Virus record (IMG/VR): IMGVR_UViG_3300027503_000009
Source: a virus
DNA: 64,000 nt
Strand: one strand, 5' to 3'
A program made the position numbers and the translations under genes. Under the pieces are notes generated by a model. That model saw only the letters and a program-made list of their open reading frames with translations. It had not been told where the DNA came from and made no database searches. Of the stretch, positions 9,872 through 17,448 are shown piece after piece (within the stretch, counting starts at the first letter, position 1; each line of letters opens with the position of its first letter).

Positions 9872-10492
9872 TTAGATCCCGTGGATTCGTTTCCACGTCA
9901 CCCAAGTAATAGCTTGAACCTGAGATGCGGACAAACCAACAATTCCCGCTACCATCCGGTATGCGGAAATAATCGCAGAACGTTCCCGTTCTGCGATATG
10001 CGGCATTGTCGCTACAGTGTAGCGATAGCCTACCGCAACGCTATAGGCATGAACGTCTACGGTAACCTTATCGTCACCGTTCTTATCACCGTTGCGGAGG
10101 TTATCAGCAAAAGCCGTAACCTTGGGACCGCTCAAAATATGGCGAAACGGTTCGTTCCGTTTGTCTGCTAACAGGATAGCAGCTGCCTTGTCGATGTTGC
10201 GACGATAGCCCGCAACACCGGACACTAACGATAACGGCTTATCGTTAGCGATAGCGTCGGCCAAAATATCAATTCCATTCAAATTTGAAGTCCAACGGAT
10301 ACCCGGCGATAATGCGGCAGTTGCATCAACTACCGCATCGAACGAAAAGTTAGAAACACGGGCAATAACCCGTAATTGTTCGTGGGCGGCGGTGTACCAT
10401 GCACCCCCGGAGCGTTTTTCTTCCGGCGTCGCCATATTGTAGACGGCGAGGATGTTGGTCATGAAATCGTTGGTCATACGAAAAATGGTCAT
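9872..10492 (-). CDS. conserved phage protein, possible HhH-glycosylase-like fold
   Basis: G..WY, LSP...W..N, GPKV.AF..N, VTVDVHA, QVQAITW motifs. Confidence 0.6.
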   Translation of the reverse strand: MTIFRMTNDFMTNILAVYNMATPEEKRSGGAWYTAAHEQLRVIARVSNFSFDAVVDATAALSPGIRWTSNLNGIDILADAIANDKPLSLVSGVAGYRRNIDKAAAILLADKRNEPFRHILSGPKVTAFADNLRNGDKNGDDKVTVDVHAYSVAVGYRYTVATMPHIAERERSAIISAYRMVAGIVGLSASQVQAITWVTWKRIHGI

Positions 10493-10692
10493 TTTTTCCT
10501 TTTCTGTTTGGCGCTGGCCTCAACTCTTATAGATTACCATAGGCCAGAACTAAACTGCAATACCCTACCACGAAAAAACTACATAAATTCCATAAATACC
10601 CCCCATAAGGAAAACGAATGATAGCGCATCCAAAATCATATTGATAACGTTGTTTTTCATACTGTTATTCTCTCATGAAAAAATGGGGATTG

Positions 10693-10908
10693 TCAATCCC
10701 CATTTTCATTATTTTCCATATCTTCAATGACTTCAATCATCTCACGGTACAACGGGCAATAGTTCCAGTGACCAACATGATGTCCCAACATCAAATCGAA
10801 ATGCTCATATTTTTCACCGTTCCACTCCCAACGGGAATGGATTAAATTATATTCATTCCCGTTGTGATAGACCGTCATGATTTTTTCTTCAATGTAATTT
10901 TGTTCCAT
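10693..10908 (-). CDS. hypothetical early protein
   Basis: TTGACA-17-TACCAT-6 nt-ATG. Confidence 0.7.
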   Translation of the reverse strand: MEQNYIEEKIMTVYHNGNEYNLIHSRWEWNGEKYEHFDLMLGHHVGHWNYCPLYREMIEVIEDMENNENGD

Positions 10909-10964
10909 GAGTCAATGGTATCAAGGTCAGAAAAAAATGTCAAGAAAAAAACAAAAAAAATTTT

Positions 10965-11135
10965 GGTACTATCGGTCCTGGTGCCAGTACTAGTACCTCG
11001 CCAGGTCTGGTACTATTGGTCCTGGTGGTACTATCGGAAGGGGATGGGCGTACTAGTACTAGTGACCAGTTAGTACTAATGCGCCCATCCGCAGTACTAG
11101 TACCGTTGACCAGACGGTACTAGTGGTACTGGTAG
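10965..11135. repeat. GTAC/(G)TACTAGTAC motif cluster with long hairpin
   Basis: 12 GTAC in about 170 bp; ggatgggcg...cgcccatcc stem (11042-11090). Confidence 0.9.
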
Positions 11136-11151
11136 GCAAAGGAACTACCAG

Positions 11152-11346
11152 TTAATCTTCCCAAACAAACTTCGCAGAATTTAACTTAACTTGCCCCCAT
11201 TGGTCAACTTGCCAACTCATTCCGGCCCAATCAAACAACCAATGTTCCCACAAGTTAGACCAACGCATGTTTGCGAGAATAATCTTCGCATCATATGATC
11301 TGAACTTCTCTTGAATTGAGGCGACAATCTCAGGCGTGGGTGTCAT
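11152..11346 (-). CDS. hypothetical Trp-rich early protein
   Basis: own promoter TTGACA-17-TAAGAT. Confidence 0.7.
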   Translation of the reverse strand: MTPTPEIVASIQEKFRSYDAKIILANMRWSNLWEHWLFDWAGMSWQVDQWGQVKLNSAKFVWED

Positions 11347-11401
11347 ATGTTCCTATCTTAGCACGATGTGTTCAGGTTGTCAACCTGATGTGTTCAAATT
11401 T

Positions 11402-11505
11402 CCTTTTAATTAAGTCCTTTTCCGGCATTATGCGTAGGTCATCAATACTTTTGGAGGGGTACAAACGACCCTTACGCATTGACGGAAAAGGACTTAATTA
11501 AAAGG
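11402..11505. repeat. long inverted repeat (23-bp perfect arms)
   Basis: ccttttaattaagtccttttccg / cggaaaaggacttaattaaaagg, plus inner atgcgta/tacgcat. Confidence 0.9.
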
Positions 11506-11510
11506 TGGGG

Positions 11511-11774
11511 CTACTGCCCCACCTTCTTGCTGATGTGACGGGCGATAATCTTGCCCGTCACCTGATTGCGAACACGCTTCTTATTGCCATTCTCAGCAAC
11601 AATCTGGTTGTAGAGGTACATAACAGCCCCAAGATTGGAGTCCACCAGATTGATCGTGGTGTACTTGGACTTGTCCACACCAACTTGAATCTGGTAGCCA
11701 GTGTTGGGGGTGTTCTGAATCGCACCCTTCTCATTCTGGAAGGAAGCGGTCTGGAAGTTGAAGGTCATCTGCAT
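11511..11774 (-). CDS. hypothetical early protein
   Basis: promoter, hairpin 5' UTR and SD aagga. Confidence 0.75.
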   Translation of the reverse strand: MQMTFNFQTASFQNEKGAIQNTPNTGYQIQVGVDKSKYTTINLVDSNLGAVMYLYNQIVAENGNKKRVRNQVTGKIIARHISKKVGQ

Positions 11775-11876
11775 TTTCGTTTTTTCCTTTTCTATCAGGC
11801 TTGCCCTGACTCTTTTAGTATCTCACAGGTTCGGTTGCTTGTCAACAGTTTTCAGAACTTTTTTTCTTGGGGGAGG

Positions 11877-12158
11877 TTATTCCTCCCCCATCCCCTCATC
11901 GCCACCATCCTCATTTTCTACATCACCCACAAACTCAACTCCCGGCCAGTAGAAAACATATCCATAACCCATGTTATCCCATTTCACATTGGTTGGGACG
12001 TAAACGTTTCTACGTCCCATTTCATACATCACATCCAAAATCTCAGCCATTGTGTCAACCACAATGGCAAGGCAAGATTTGCCACCCATATAACGGCCAG
12101 AATAGCCCCTGCACTCAAAACCACAATCTTCGAGAAATTCCTGCAAATCGCTTTTCAT
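11877..12158 (-). CDS. hypothetical early protein
   Basis: YSGRYMGGKSC...DNMG motifs; leaderless promoter. Confidence 0.75.
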   Translation of the reverse strand: MKSDLQEFLEDCGFECRGYSGRYMGGKSCLAIVVDTMAEILDVMYEMGRRNVYVPTNVKWDNMGYGYVFYWPGVEFVGDVENEDGGDEGMGEE

Positions 12159-12196
12159 GATTTTATTCTCCCATACTGGAAGGGGTTTGTCAACCC

Positions 12197-12412
12197 CTAG
12201 AACAACTTTTTGTGAAATTTCACAACTTTGGAAATCGCAGACTGCAAAGTTTTGCAGGGAACTAAGGAAATCTTCTCTTCAGAAAACAACATCAGTTCTT
12301 TTTTCTTAGGGTTCCAATCAGCAACCAGTGTGCCATTCAGCAAAAACTCAGTGAAGCAGTAGATGCTGCCACGGTCAAAGGTGTTGATTTCAAGTTTCTG
12401 TTTTTCAACCAT
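12197..12412 (-). CDS. hypothetical early protein
   Basis: TTGCCA-17-TAATAT directly before ATG. Confidence 0.7.
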   Translation of the reverse strand: MVEKQKLEINTFDRGSIYCFTEFLLNGTLVADWNPKKKELMLFSEEKISLVPCKTLQSAISKVVKFHKKLF

Positions 12413-12430
12413 GATTTATATTACCACGAC

Positions 12431-12521
12431 CCCTCAGAGAATGGCAACAGAAAAATGATGAAAACTAGAAGTTTTTTCTGTTGCCATTCTCTGAGGGGTG
12501 TCAGGGGTACCCCTGACACCC
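12431..12521. repeat. 25-bp inverted repeat abutting a 26-bp perfect palindrome
   Basis: ccctcagagaatggcaacagaaaaa / tttttctgttgccattctctgaggg; gggtgtcaggggtacccctgacaccc (12496-12521). Confidence 0.9.
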
Positions 12522-12534
12522 AAAACCCCAGGAA

Positions 12535-12550
12535 GGGCCGTTTCCGGCCC
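12535..12550 (-). terminator. GC hairpin terminator (identical copy at 16042-16057)
   Basis: gggccg-gaaa-cggccc on - strand. Confidence 0.65.
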
Positions 12551-12559
12551 AGGAATCAC

Positions 12560-12778
12560 CTATTCCCCGTAGTAGTCGTAAGACTCATACTGCGATTCAT
12601 ACATCGAATCCAGGTGCTGGTCCTCCAGCTCAAAACTAGGATCTTCAGGATAGTCCTGGAAATCGTCAGAATCATAGATGTCGGCCATTTCAGCCTGAGC
12701 ATCTTCCCAGGCTTCATTCCGACCCATTTCTTCCAGGTCGTTTTCGTAGAACTCGTAGGTGTCGTAGTCTTCAAACAT
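12560..12778 (-). CDS. very acidic small protein (72 aa)
   Basis: 27 D/E, 1 R, 0 K; SD aggag; ATG at 12778. Confidence 0.75.
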   Translation of the reverse strand: MFEDYDTYEFYENDLEEMGRNEAWEDAQAEMADIYDSDDFQDYPEDPSFELEDQHLDSMYESQYESYDYYGE

Positions 12779-12893
12779 TCCGTTTTCTCCTTTTGTCTTG
12801 GCTCTTGCCCTGACTCTTTTAGTATCGCACGTTGTAGCAGGGAAGTCAACAACTTTTTTTGTTTTTTTGTGGGGGATTTTCGCCCCCCACACT

Positions 12894-13130
12894 TTACTTC
12901 ACCTGAACCGCAACCTGTTTGATTTCAGCAACATAGACATCGCCCACATCAAACGTTCCATATGTCATTGGAGACTTCACCGCACAGTACCAGCGAGCGA
13001 AGGGGTTTTGCTTTTCCTTTTCCGGAGTCTGATAGGTCTTGAGAACACGCCATTCCCAGGAACCATCAAAACTCTTGAAAATCATATGAGGATTGTCAAT
13101 CTTGGCAGTTTTGCCGAATGGATTCTTCAT
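12894..13130 (-). CDS. conserved hypothetical phage protein
   Basis: WEWRVLKTYQ...ARW.CAVKSP.T.G..D.GD.Y; leaderless promoter. Confidence 0.8.
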   Translation of the reverse strand: MKNPFGKTAKIDNPHMIFKSFDGSWEWRVLKTYQTPEKEKQNPFARWYCAVKSPMTYGTFDVGDVYVAEIKQVAVQVK

Positions 13131-13168
13131 ATTGTTAGTATCTCACATTCTGGGGGGTTTGTCAACAG

Positions 13169-13492
13169 TTACCAGTGAAAAAGTCCCCTCTTTTTTTCAC
13201 CGTTTGCGTAAACCACTAAAACATCACCATCACCATCACCATCACCAAAAACAACAGGATCACCATAAGTAGACGGGACATCATCGCCAACTTCACCAGA
13301 CCATTTGCTGGACCAGCGATCACCGCAACAAGGGCAGTCAACGCCAGAATCACAACCATCGAAGTAAACACCCTCTACTTCTAAAACACGATTGTTCGCA
13401 TCTTCGGCGTTTTCAGCCTCAACAACAACGTGTTTTGCTGGTCCGGTGAAATGACCACCTGAATTATTTTGAGAAAAATGGAAGAATTTCAT
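13169..13492 (-). CDS. conserved hypothetical phage protein (Cys cluster)
   Basis: QNNSGG.F, YFDGC...DCPCCGDRW; leaderless promoter. Confidence 0.8.
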   Translation of the reverse strand: MKFFHFSQNNSGGHFTGPAKHVVVEAENAEDANNRVLEVEGVYFDGCDSGVDCPCCGDRWSSKWSGEVGDDVPSTYGDPVVFGDGDGDGDVLVVYANGEKKRGLFHW

Positions 13493-13549
13493 ACTTTTAG
13501 TTTCTCACATTCTGGGGGGTTTGTCAACCCCCCACTTGAAGTTTTTTTG

Positions 13550-13813
13550 CTATTCAGCGATTCGGCGTTCAAACACCCCACGTTCCAGAGTGGCAGTGTC
13601 AGAACCATCAGTGTGGAACGTGATGGGGAAGTAGTCTTCACCAATCTGAGCATAAACTTCAGTTTCATTCATACCCAAGTCAATCCAGTCACCAACAGCA
13701 CCAGCGTAAGTCTCAGATTCTACAACATTTTCAGGATTGAAATTCCCAGGAAGGTCACCAACCAGGAAACGCTTGATAGGGAGGGTCGAAAACTTAACTT
13801 TCTTCAGAAACAT
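13550..13813 (-). CDS. hypothetical early protein
   Basis: promoter, conserved 5' UTR and SD aggag. Confidence 0.75.
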   Translation of the reverse strand: MFLKKVKFSTLPIKRFLVGDLPGNFNPENVVESETYAGAVGDWIDLGMNETEVYAQIGEDYFPITFHTDGSDTATLERGVFERRIAE

Positions 13814-13853
13814 GGTCTTTTCTCCTTTTGTCCTGGCTCTTGCCCTGACTCTT

Positions 13854-13976
13854 TTACTTTACCACAACCTTTTTCCGGTTGTCAACAGAATTTTTCAAGT
13901 TTTTGTGAAAGTCACAAACGTTCCGTTTGCAGTTGGGGCAGTTCAGAATCGAAAGCATCAGGTGTTGTTTGCTCAT
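13854..13976 (-). CDS. 40-aa peptide with CxxC...C..H
   Basis: own TTGACA/TAAAGT promoter 6 nt before ATG. Confidence 0.5.
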   Translation of the reverse strand: MSKQHLMLSILNCPNCKRNVCDFHKNLKNSVDNRKKVVVK

Positions 13977-13980
13977 GTTT

Positions 13981-14130
13981 TTACTTTACCACAGAAGTTT
14001 TGGGGATGTCAAGAGTTTTTTTCAACTCTTTCGAAAAATCCAGCACAGTCGGAAATGCAATAGAAAACAAAGAAACAACCAGGACAATCAACAGAATGTC
14101 AAACATCGAATCACTGATAAGCCGTTTCAT
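13981..14130 (-). CDS. 49-aa membrane peptide
   Basis: leaderless promoter; hydrophobic ILLIVLVVSLFSIAF. Confidence 0.6.
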   Translation of the reverse strand: MKRLISDSMFDILLIVLVVSLFSIAFPTVLDFSKELKKTLDIPKTSVVK

Positions 14131-14165
14131 GAATCCATCATCTCACAGTCTGGGGAATTTGTCAA

Positions 14166-14276
14166 CTACTTAATTGCACAATCTGCTTTCATGGCGAAAA
14201 AAATAATAATCACACCGAAAAGATAACCCGCCATGAAAAACGTAAGATATTTGAGTCGAAGTTCTTTTCTTGTCAT
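14166..14276 (-). CDS. 36-aa membrane peptide
   Basis: promoter nearly identical to that of 13981-14130; hydrophobic core. Confidence 0.6.
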   Translation of the reverse strand: MTRKELRLKYLTFFMAGYLFGVIIIFFAMKADCAIK

Positions 14277-14307
14277 GAATCCATCATCTCACAGTCTGAG
14301 GGGTTTG

Positions 14308-14523
14308 TCAACCCCAAGAACCAAGTTTTTTCTTTTTTGTTGCGGCAACCAGAACAGCTTCAGAAATCATTAAAAAAACTTCAGAATCAATCACAGTCTG
14401 GATTTCCCGCAACTTGTAACCCTTTTGTTGCCAATTGATTACAATGGGTTTCAATGCTTCATACACTTCATCCGCAAGTTGTTGACCTTCAAGAGTTTTT
14501 GCTTCATACTCATTGTAAAGCAT
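14308..14523 (-). CDS. hypothetical protein
   Basis: 71 aa, start coupled to upstream stop. Confidence 0.7.
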   Translation of the reverse strand: MLYNEYEAKTLEGQQLADEVYEALKPIVINWQQKGYKLREIQTVIDSEVFLMISEAVLVAATKKKKLGSWG

Positions 14524-14660
14524 TATTCTTCCTCCTTCTTGTGCTTGCGCTTGCGATAATTCTTGCTTTTGGTTTTCTTGTCCTGGATAATAGATCCGGT
14601 CTTTACACCAGACCGGATCTTAGCAGGATTAAACTTGGGCAGCTTGATGTGTTCAACCAT
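14523..14660 (-). CDS. 45-aa basic peptide (ArfA-like pattern, tentative)
   Basis: MVEHIKLPKFNPAKIRSGVKTGSIIQDKKTKSKNYRKRKHKKEEE; leaderless promoter. Confidence 0.6.
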   Translation of the reverse strand: MVEHIKLPKFNPAKIRSGVKTGSIIQDKKTKSKNYRKRKHKKEEE

Positions 14661-14695
14661 ACTGTTATTATCCCATGTGTTCTTCACAATGTCAA

Positions 14696-14899
14696 CTACT
14701 CTTCAAGTTTTTTTTGTAAGGCACTGATAATTAAAGGTAATTCTTCTTTCGACAAGGTGATTCTACTCATAATTTTTCCTTGATCGTCATGTTGGCGAAT
14801 CTCAAACAACCCAAGTCCATCAGCATCATCTGTGACTGCAATATGGTCACCTGTGTCATCATTCCAAATTCTGTAGCAAATTTCCATACTGTGCCGCAT
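14696..14899 (-). CDS. hypothetical protein
   Basis: SD aggag; 67 aa. Confidence 0.7.
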   Translation of the reverse strand: MRHSMEICYRIWNDDTGDHIAVTDDADGLGLFEIRQHDDQGKIMSRITLSKEELPLIISALQKKLEE

Positions 14900-14907
14900 T
14901 TTTTCTC

Positions 14908-15027
14908 CTAGTTAAAAGGTGATTTGTATTTCTTACCACATTCAAGGCAACTGTAATGACCATTAACAGGTCTGGTCATCTTTGTGTGGAATTCCCGACA
15001 AAACCAAACACTAAGCTTTTGCAGCAT
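14908..15027 (-). CDS. 39-aa Zn-binding peptide
   Basis: MLQKLSVWFCREFHTKMTRPVNGHYSCLECGKKYKSPFN (C..H / CxxC). Confidence 0.6.
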   Translation of the reverse strand: MLQKLSVWFCREFHTKMTRPVNGHYSCLECGKKYKSPFN

Positions 15028-15202
15028 TTTGATTATCCTTTAACGTAGACAAAACCAAAATCTGCATCGTCACAAAGTCGATAATAGCCTGAGCGTTCAG
15101 GTAATCATCGTCGTTTTCATCGAACCTGCTAATAATCAGGTTCATCAGACCGATTACCTTCATGTTTCCGCTAATCAGATCGTCAATCACATCGTTCATC
15201 AT
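15011..15202 (-). CDS. hypothetical protein
   Basis: TTGACA-17-GATAAT-6 nt-ATG(15202). Confidence 0.65.
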   Translation of the reverse strand: MMNDVIDDLISGNMKVIGLMNLIISRFDENDDDYLNAQAIIDFVTMQILVLSTLKDNQNAAKA

Positions 15203-15240
15203 GATATTATTATCGCACCTTTCTTTTCGGTTGTCAAGCA

Positions 15241-15438
15241 TTATTTTGTAGACCTAAACCAAGACCTAGACATAGACCTAGACCAAGACCCAGACGCAGA
15301 CCAAGACCCAGACCCAGACCAAGACCCAGACCCAGACCCAGACCAAGACCCAGACCCAGACCTAGACCAAGACCTAGATCTAGACCCAGACATAGACCAA
15401 GACCAAATATTTCTTTTGTAGATTGATTTCTTGATCAT
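15241..15438 (-). CDS. (Ser-X)n repeat peptide, copy A
   Basis: MIKKSIYKRNIW + SW SM SG SR... dipeptide tail. Confidence 0.75.
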   Translation of the reverse strand: MIKKSIYKRNIWSWSMSGSRSRSWSRSGSGSWSGSGSGSWSGSGSWSASGSWSRSMSRSWFRSTK

Positions 15439-15444
15439 AGTTTA

Positions 15445-15603
15445 TTATCCAATTTCAGAATAAGTCCTAGACACAGACCAAGACCTAGACCCAGACCAAG
15501 ACCTAGACCAAGTCCTAGACCCAGACCTAGACCCATACAAAGACCAAGACCCAGACCTAGACATAGACCAAATATTTCTTTTGTAGATTGATTTCTTGAT
15601 CAT
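15445..15603 (-). CDS. (Ser-X)n repeat peptide, copy B (52 aa; not in ORF track)
   Basis: MIKKSIYKRNIWSMSRSGSWSLYGSRSGSRTWSRSWSGSRSWSVSRTYSEIG. Confidence 0.75.
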   Translation of the reverse strand: MIKKSIYKRNIWSMSRSGSWSLYGSRSGSRTWSRSWSGSRSWSVSRTYSEIG

Positions 15604-15607
15604 AAAC

Positions 15608-15637
15608 AAAAAAGTTTGGGGGATTTCTCCCCCAAAC
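15608..15637 (-). terminator. terminator-like hairpin between the Sm-like gene and copy B
   Basis: gtttggggga-gaaa-tcccccaaac followed by T tract. Confidence 0.7.
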
Positions 15638-15639
15638 CA

Positions 15640-15906
15640 CTAACCCTTCTTACCGATGCCGAAAGACTCAATTGCAGAAGTCTGCACATACCAAGTCTTC
15701 GTGGGAAGGTTCTGAGCGTCCTTGTACTTCGAATCGCTGAACGCACCAGTCTCATAAACAATCTTGGCATCGTCCAGAAGGACACAGGTATCGTTCACTC
15801 CAGTGAGCGTACCAGCATAGATGTAGTTCGCACAGAACAACATCACGTGCTCACCAAGAAGGGCCACAAGACCTTCACCCTGAACCTCAGTCACAATCTT
15901 CTTCAT
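15640..15906 (-). CDS. Sm/LSm/Hfq-fold small protein
   Basis: Sm1-like LLGEHV.LF....Y.G.L.GVNDTCVLL.DA and Sm2-like WYVQTSAIESF; own promoter and SD aggag. Confidence 0.7.
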   Translation of the reverse strand: MKKIVTEVQGEGLVALLGEHVMLFCANYIYAGTLTGVNDTCVLLDDAKIVYETGAFSDSKYKDAQNLPTKTWYVQTSAIESFGIGKKG

Positions 15907-16075
15907 AATCAGTTTTCTCCTTTTTTCTTGTCAGATTTCCTCTGACTCTTTTAGTATCTCACACCCTGTGTGATTTGTCAAGTTTTTTGTTTTTTGTTTT
16001 TCTAGCCTCCAACTACCTGCTAGAAATTTTAAGGGCAGGAAGGGCCGTTTCCGGCCCAAGAAATGCTATTCTATA

Positions 16076-16141
16076 TTAGTCGTCCCAGTCATACTCCTGG
16101 TAGTCGTCATGATCTTTGTAGTCGTTCCAGTTAATAAGCAT
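16076..16141 (-). CDS. 21-aa acidic micropeptide (tentative)
   Basis: MLINWNDYKDHDDYQEYDWDD; ATG overlaps the end of 16131-16481. Confidence 0.4.
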   Translation of the reverse strand: MLINWNDYKDHDDYQEYDWDD

Positions 16142-16481
16142 AGATATTTGCCTTTCCGTTTTCGATGAAGAGGTCACACCAGGCGGAAGTTTCAATTTTC
16201 TTTCCGGTGAGGACATTGATGAAGTAATCTGCCTCATAGGGATTGTAACGAACCGTGTTCCTTTTCAGGAAAAGCTCTTGGTCTTTTTGCCAATCACCTT
16301 CAACAAAGGCATGAACATTTTTCTTTTTTTCACGAAGAACACGTTCCCGTCCAGACTTGGAAACAGTGAACTTGGCATTTTTCAGGATGATGGTGTCGGT
16401 GTGGGCAATAACCTTGCGGGTTTTTTTGTCCATGACAGAGAAAACTTTCTTGTGAAGGTTGAAGTAGACTTTAACTCTCAT
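16131..16481 (-). CDS. conserved hypothetical phage protein
   Basis: VYFNLHK..FSV, GR.RV.REK.KNVHAFV.G, YNPY motifs. Confidence 0.85.
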   Translation of the reverse strand: MRVKVYFNLHKKVFSVMDKKTRKVIAHTDTIILKNAKFTVSKSGRERVLREKKKNVHAFVEGDWQKDQELFLKRNTVRYNPYEADYFINVLTGKKIETSAWCDLFIENGKANIYAY

Positions 16482-16519
16482 GTTTTTATTCTCTCACATT
16501 CTGATCAGAATGTCAAGGT

Positions 16520-16714
16520 TTATTTTGACTCAGACCTAGACCCAGACCCAGACGCAGACCAAGACCCAGACCAAGACCCAGACCCAGACCAAGACACAGA
16601 CCAAGACCCAGACTCAGACCTAGACCAAGACCTAGACCCAGACCAAGACGCAAACTGAGACTCAGACCCAGACCTAGACCAAATATTTCTTTTGTAGATT
16701 GATTTCTTGGTCAT
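16520..16714 (-). CDS. (Ser-X)n repeat peptide, copy C
   Basis: MTKKSIYKRNIW + SX tail; own leaderless promoter TTGACA-17-GAGAAT. Confidence 0.8.
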   Translation of the reverse strand: MTKKSIYKRNIWSRSGSESQFASWSGSRSWSRSESGSWSVSWSGSGSWSGSWSASGSGSRSESK

Positions 16715-16773
16715 GTTTTTATTCTCTCACATTCTAGGTGAAATGTCAAGGGGGAATTTCTTCCCCCTGCAAA

Positions 16774-17235
16774 CTACCAGGATGCTTGGTAGTAATAGGT
16801 CGTTCGACCATCAACCCATTCATCCTTGATTTCCTGGAAAAGTTTGATGGCACTTTCTAGGTCGTTCCAGTACCACTCATCAATTTGAATGGAACCAAAG
16901 AAAAACCCAGAAACAGGAGGAAACATTTCAAGAGCAATATCTTCTCTCTTAGAGATCAGGACTTCTTTCATGGTTAAAAGAAGATTGTCAACATTTTCCT
17001 CATAGAAAATAATTTCTTGACATTCATCCCTACCATCAGCAAGCTGCACAAACCAGTTGTGGAGTGCATTGAACTTGCGGAAATAACCAAGTTCCTCAGT
17101 CACATAGGTGACTTTATCCTTCTTGATGTGGGTAGGTTGTCCGTTGTTGGTCACAACAACTTCATACTTGTTTTCCTTGTCGAAAGACCAATTCTGAATG
17201 TAGCTCTTGCGGTTGATGTATTGATCAAGTCCCAT
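16774..17235 (-). CDS. conserved hypothetical phage protein
   Basis: MGLDQY...YFRK.NA.H.WF...GFFFG...YYYQASW. Confidence 0.85.
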   Translation of the reverse strand: MGLDQYINRKSYIQNWSFDKENKYEVVVTNNGQPTHIKKDKVTYVTEELGYFRKFNALHNWFVQLADGRDECQEIIFYEENVDNLLLTMKEVLISKREDIALEMFPPVSGFFFGSIQIDEWYWNDLESAIKLFQEIKDEWVDGRTTYYYQASW

Positions 17236-17279
17236 GATTAAATCTTATCACCATTCAGGATGTTTGTCAAGAAGAATTT

Positions 17280-17355
17280 TGGTGCGCCCAGCAGGGTTCG
17301 AACCTGCGACCCTCTGATTAAAAGTCAGATGCTCTACCAACTGAGCTATGAGCGC
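17280..17355 (-). tRNA. tRNA-Lys (anticodon UUU)
   Basis: 76-nt cloverleaf GCGCTCA...ctTTTaa...GGTTCGAA...GCGCACCA with encoded CCA. Confidence 0.97.
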
Positions 17356-17365
17356 ACATTAAATT

Positions 17366-17440
17366 TGGTAGCCCCGCAGGGATTCGAACCCCGATTCTAG
17401 GTTTAGAAGACCTATGTCCTATCCATTGAACGACAGGGCC
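17366..17440 (-). tRNA. tRNA-Arg (anticodon UCU)
   Basis: 75-nt cloverleaf GGCCCTG...ctTCTaa...GGTTCGAAT...CTACCA. Confidence 0.96.
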
Positions 17441-17448
17441 AAAAACTT

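Noticed and set aside
10864-11073. + strand ORF crossing the GTAC array
   Set aside because: Low-complexity VLV translation of the repeat; overlaps a - strand promoter; no start signal
11505-14783. Long + strand ORFs across the early region (e.g. 11505-12200, 12455-12922, 13469-14173)
   Set aside because: They span several - strand genes with their promoters and lack start signals; shadow ORFs
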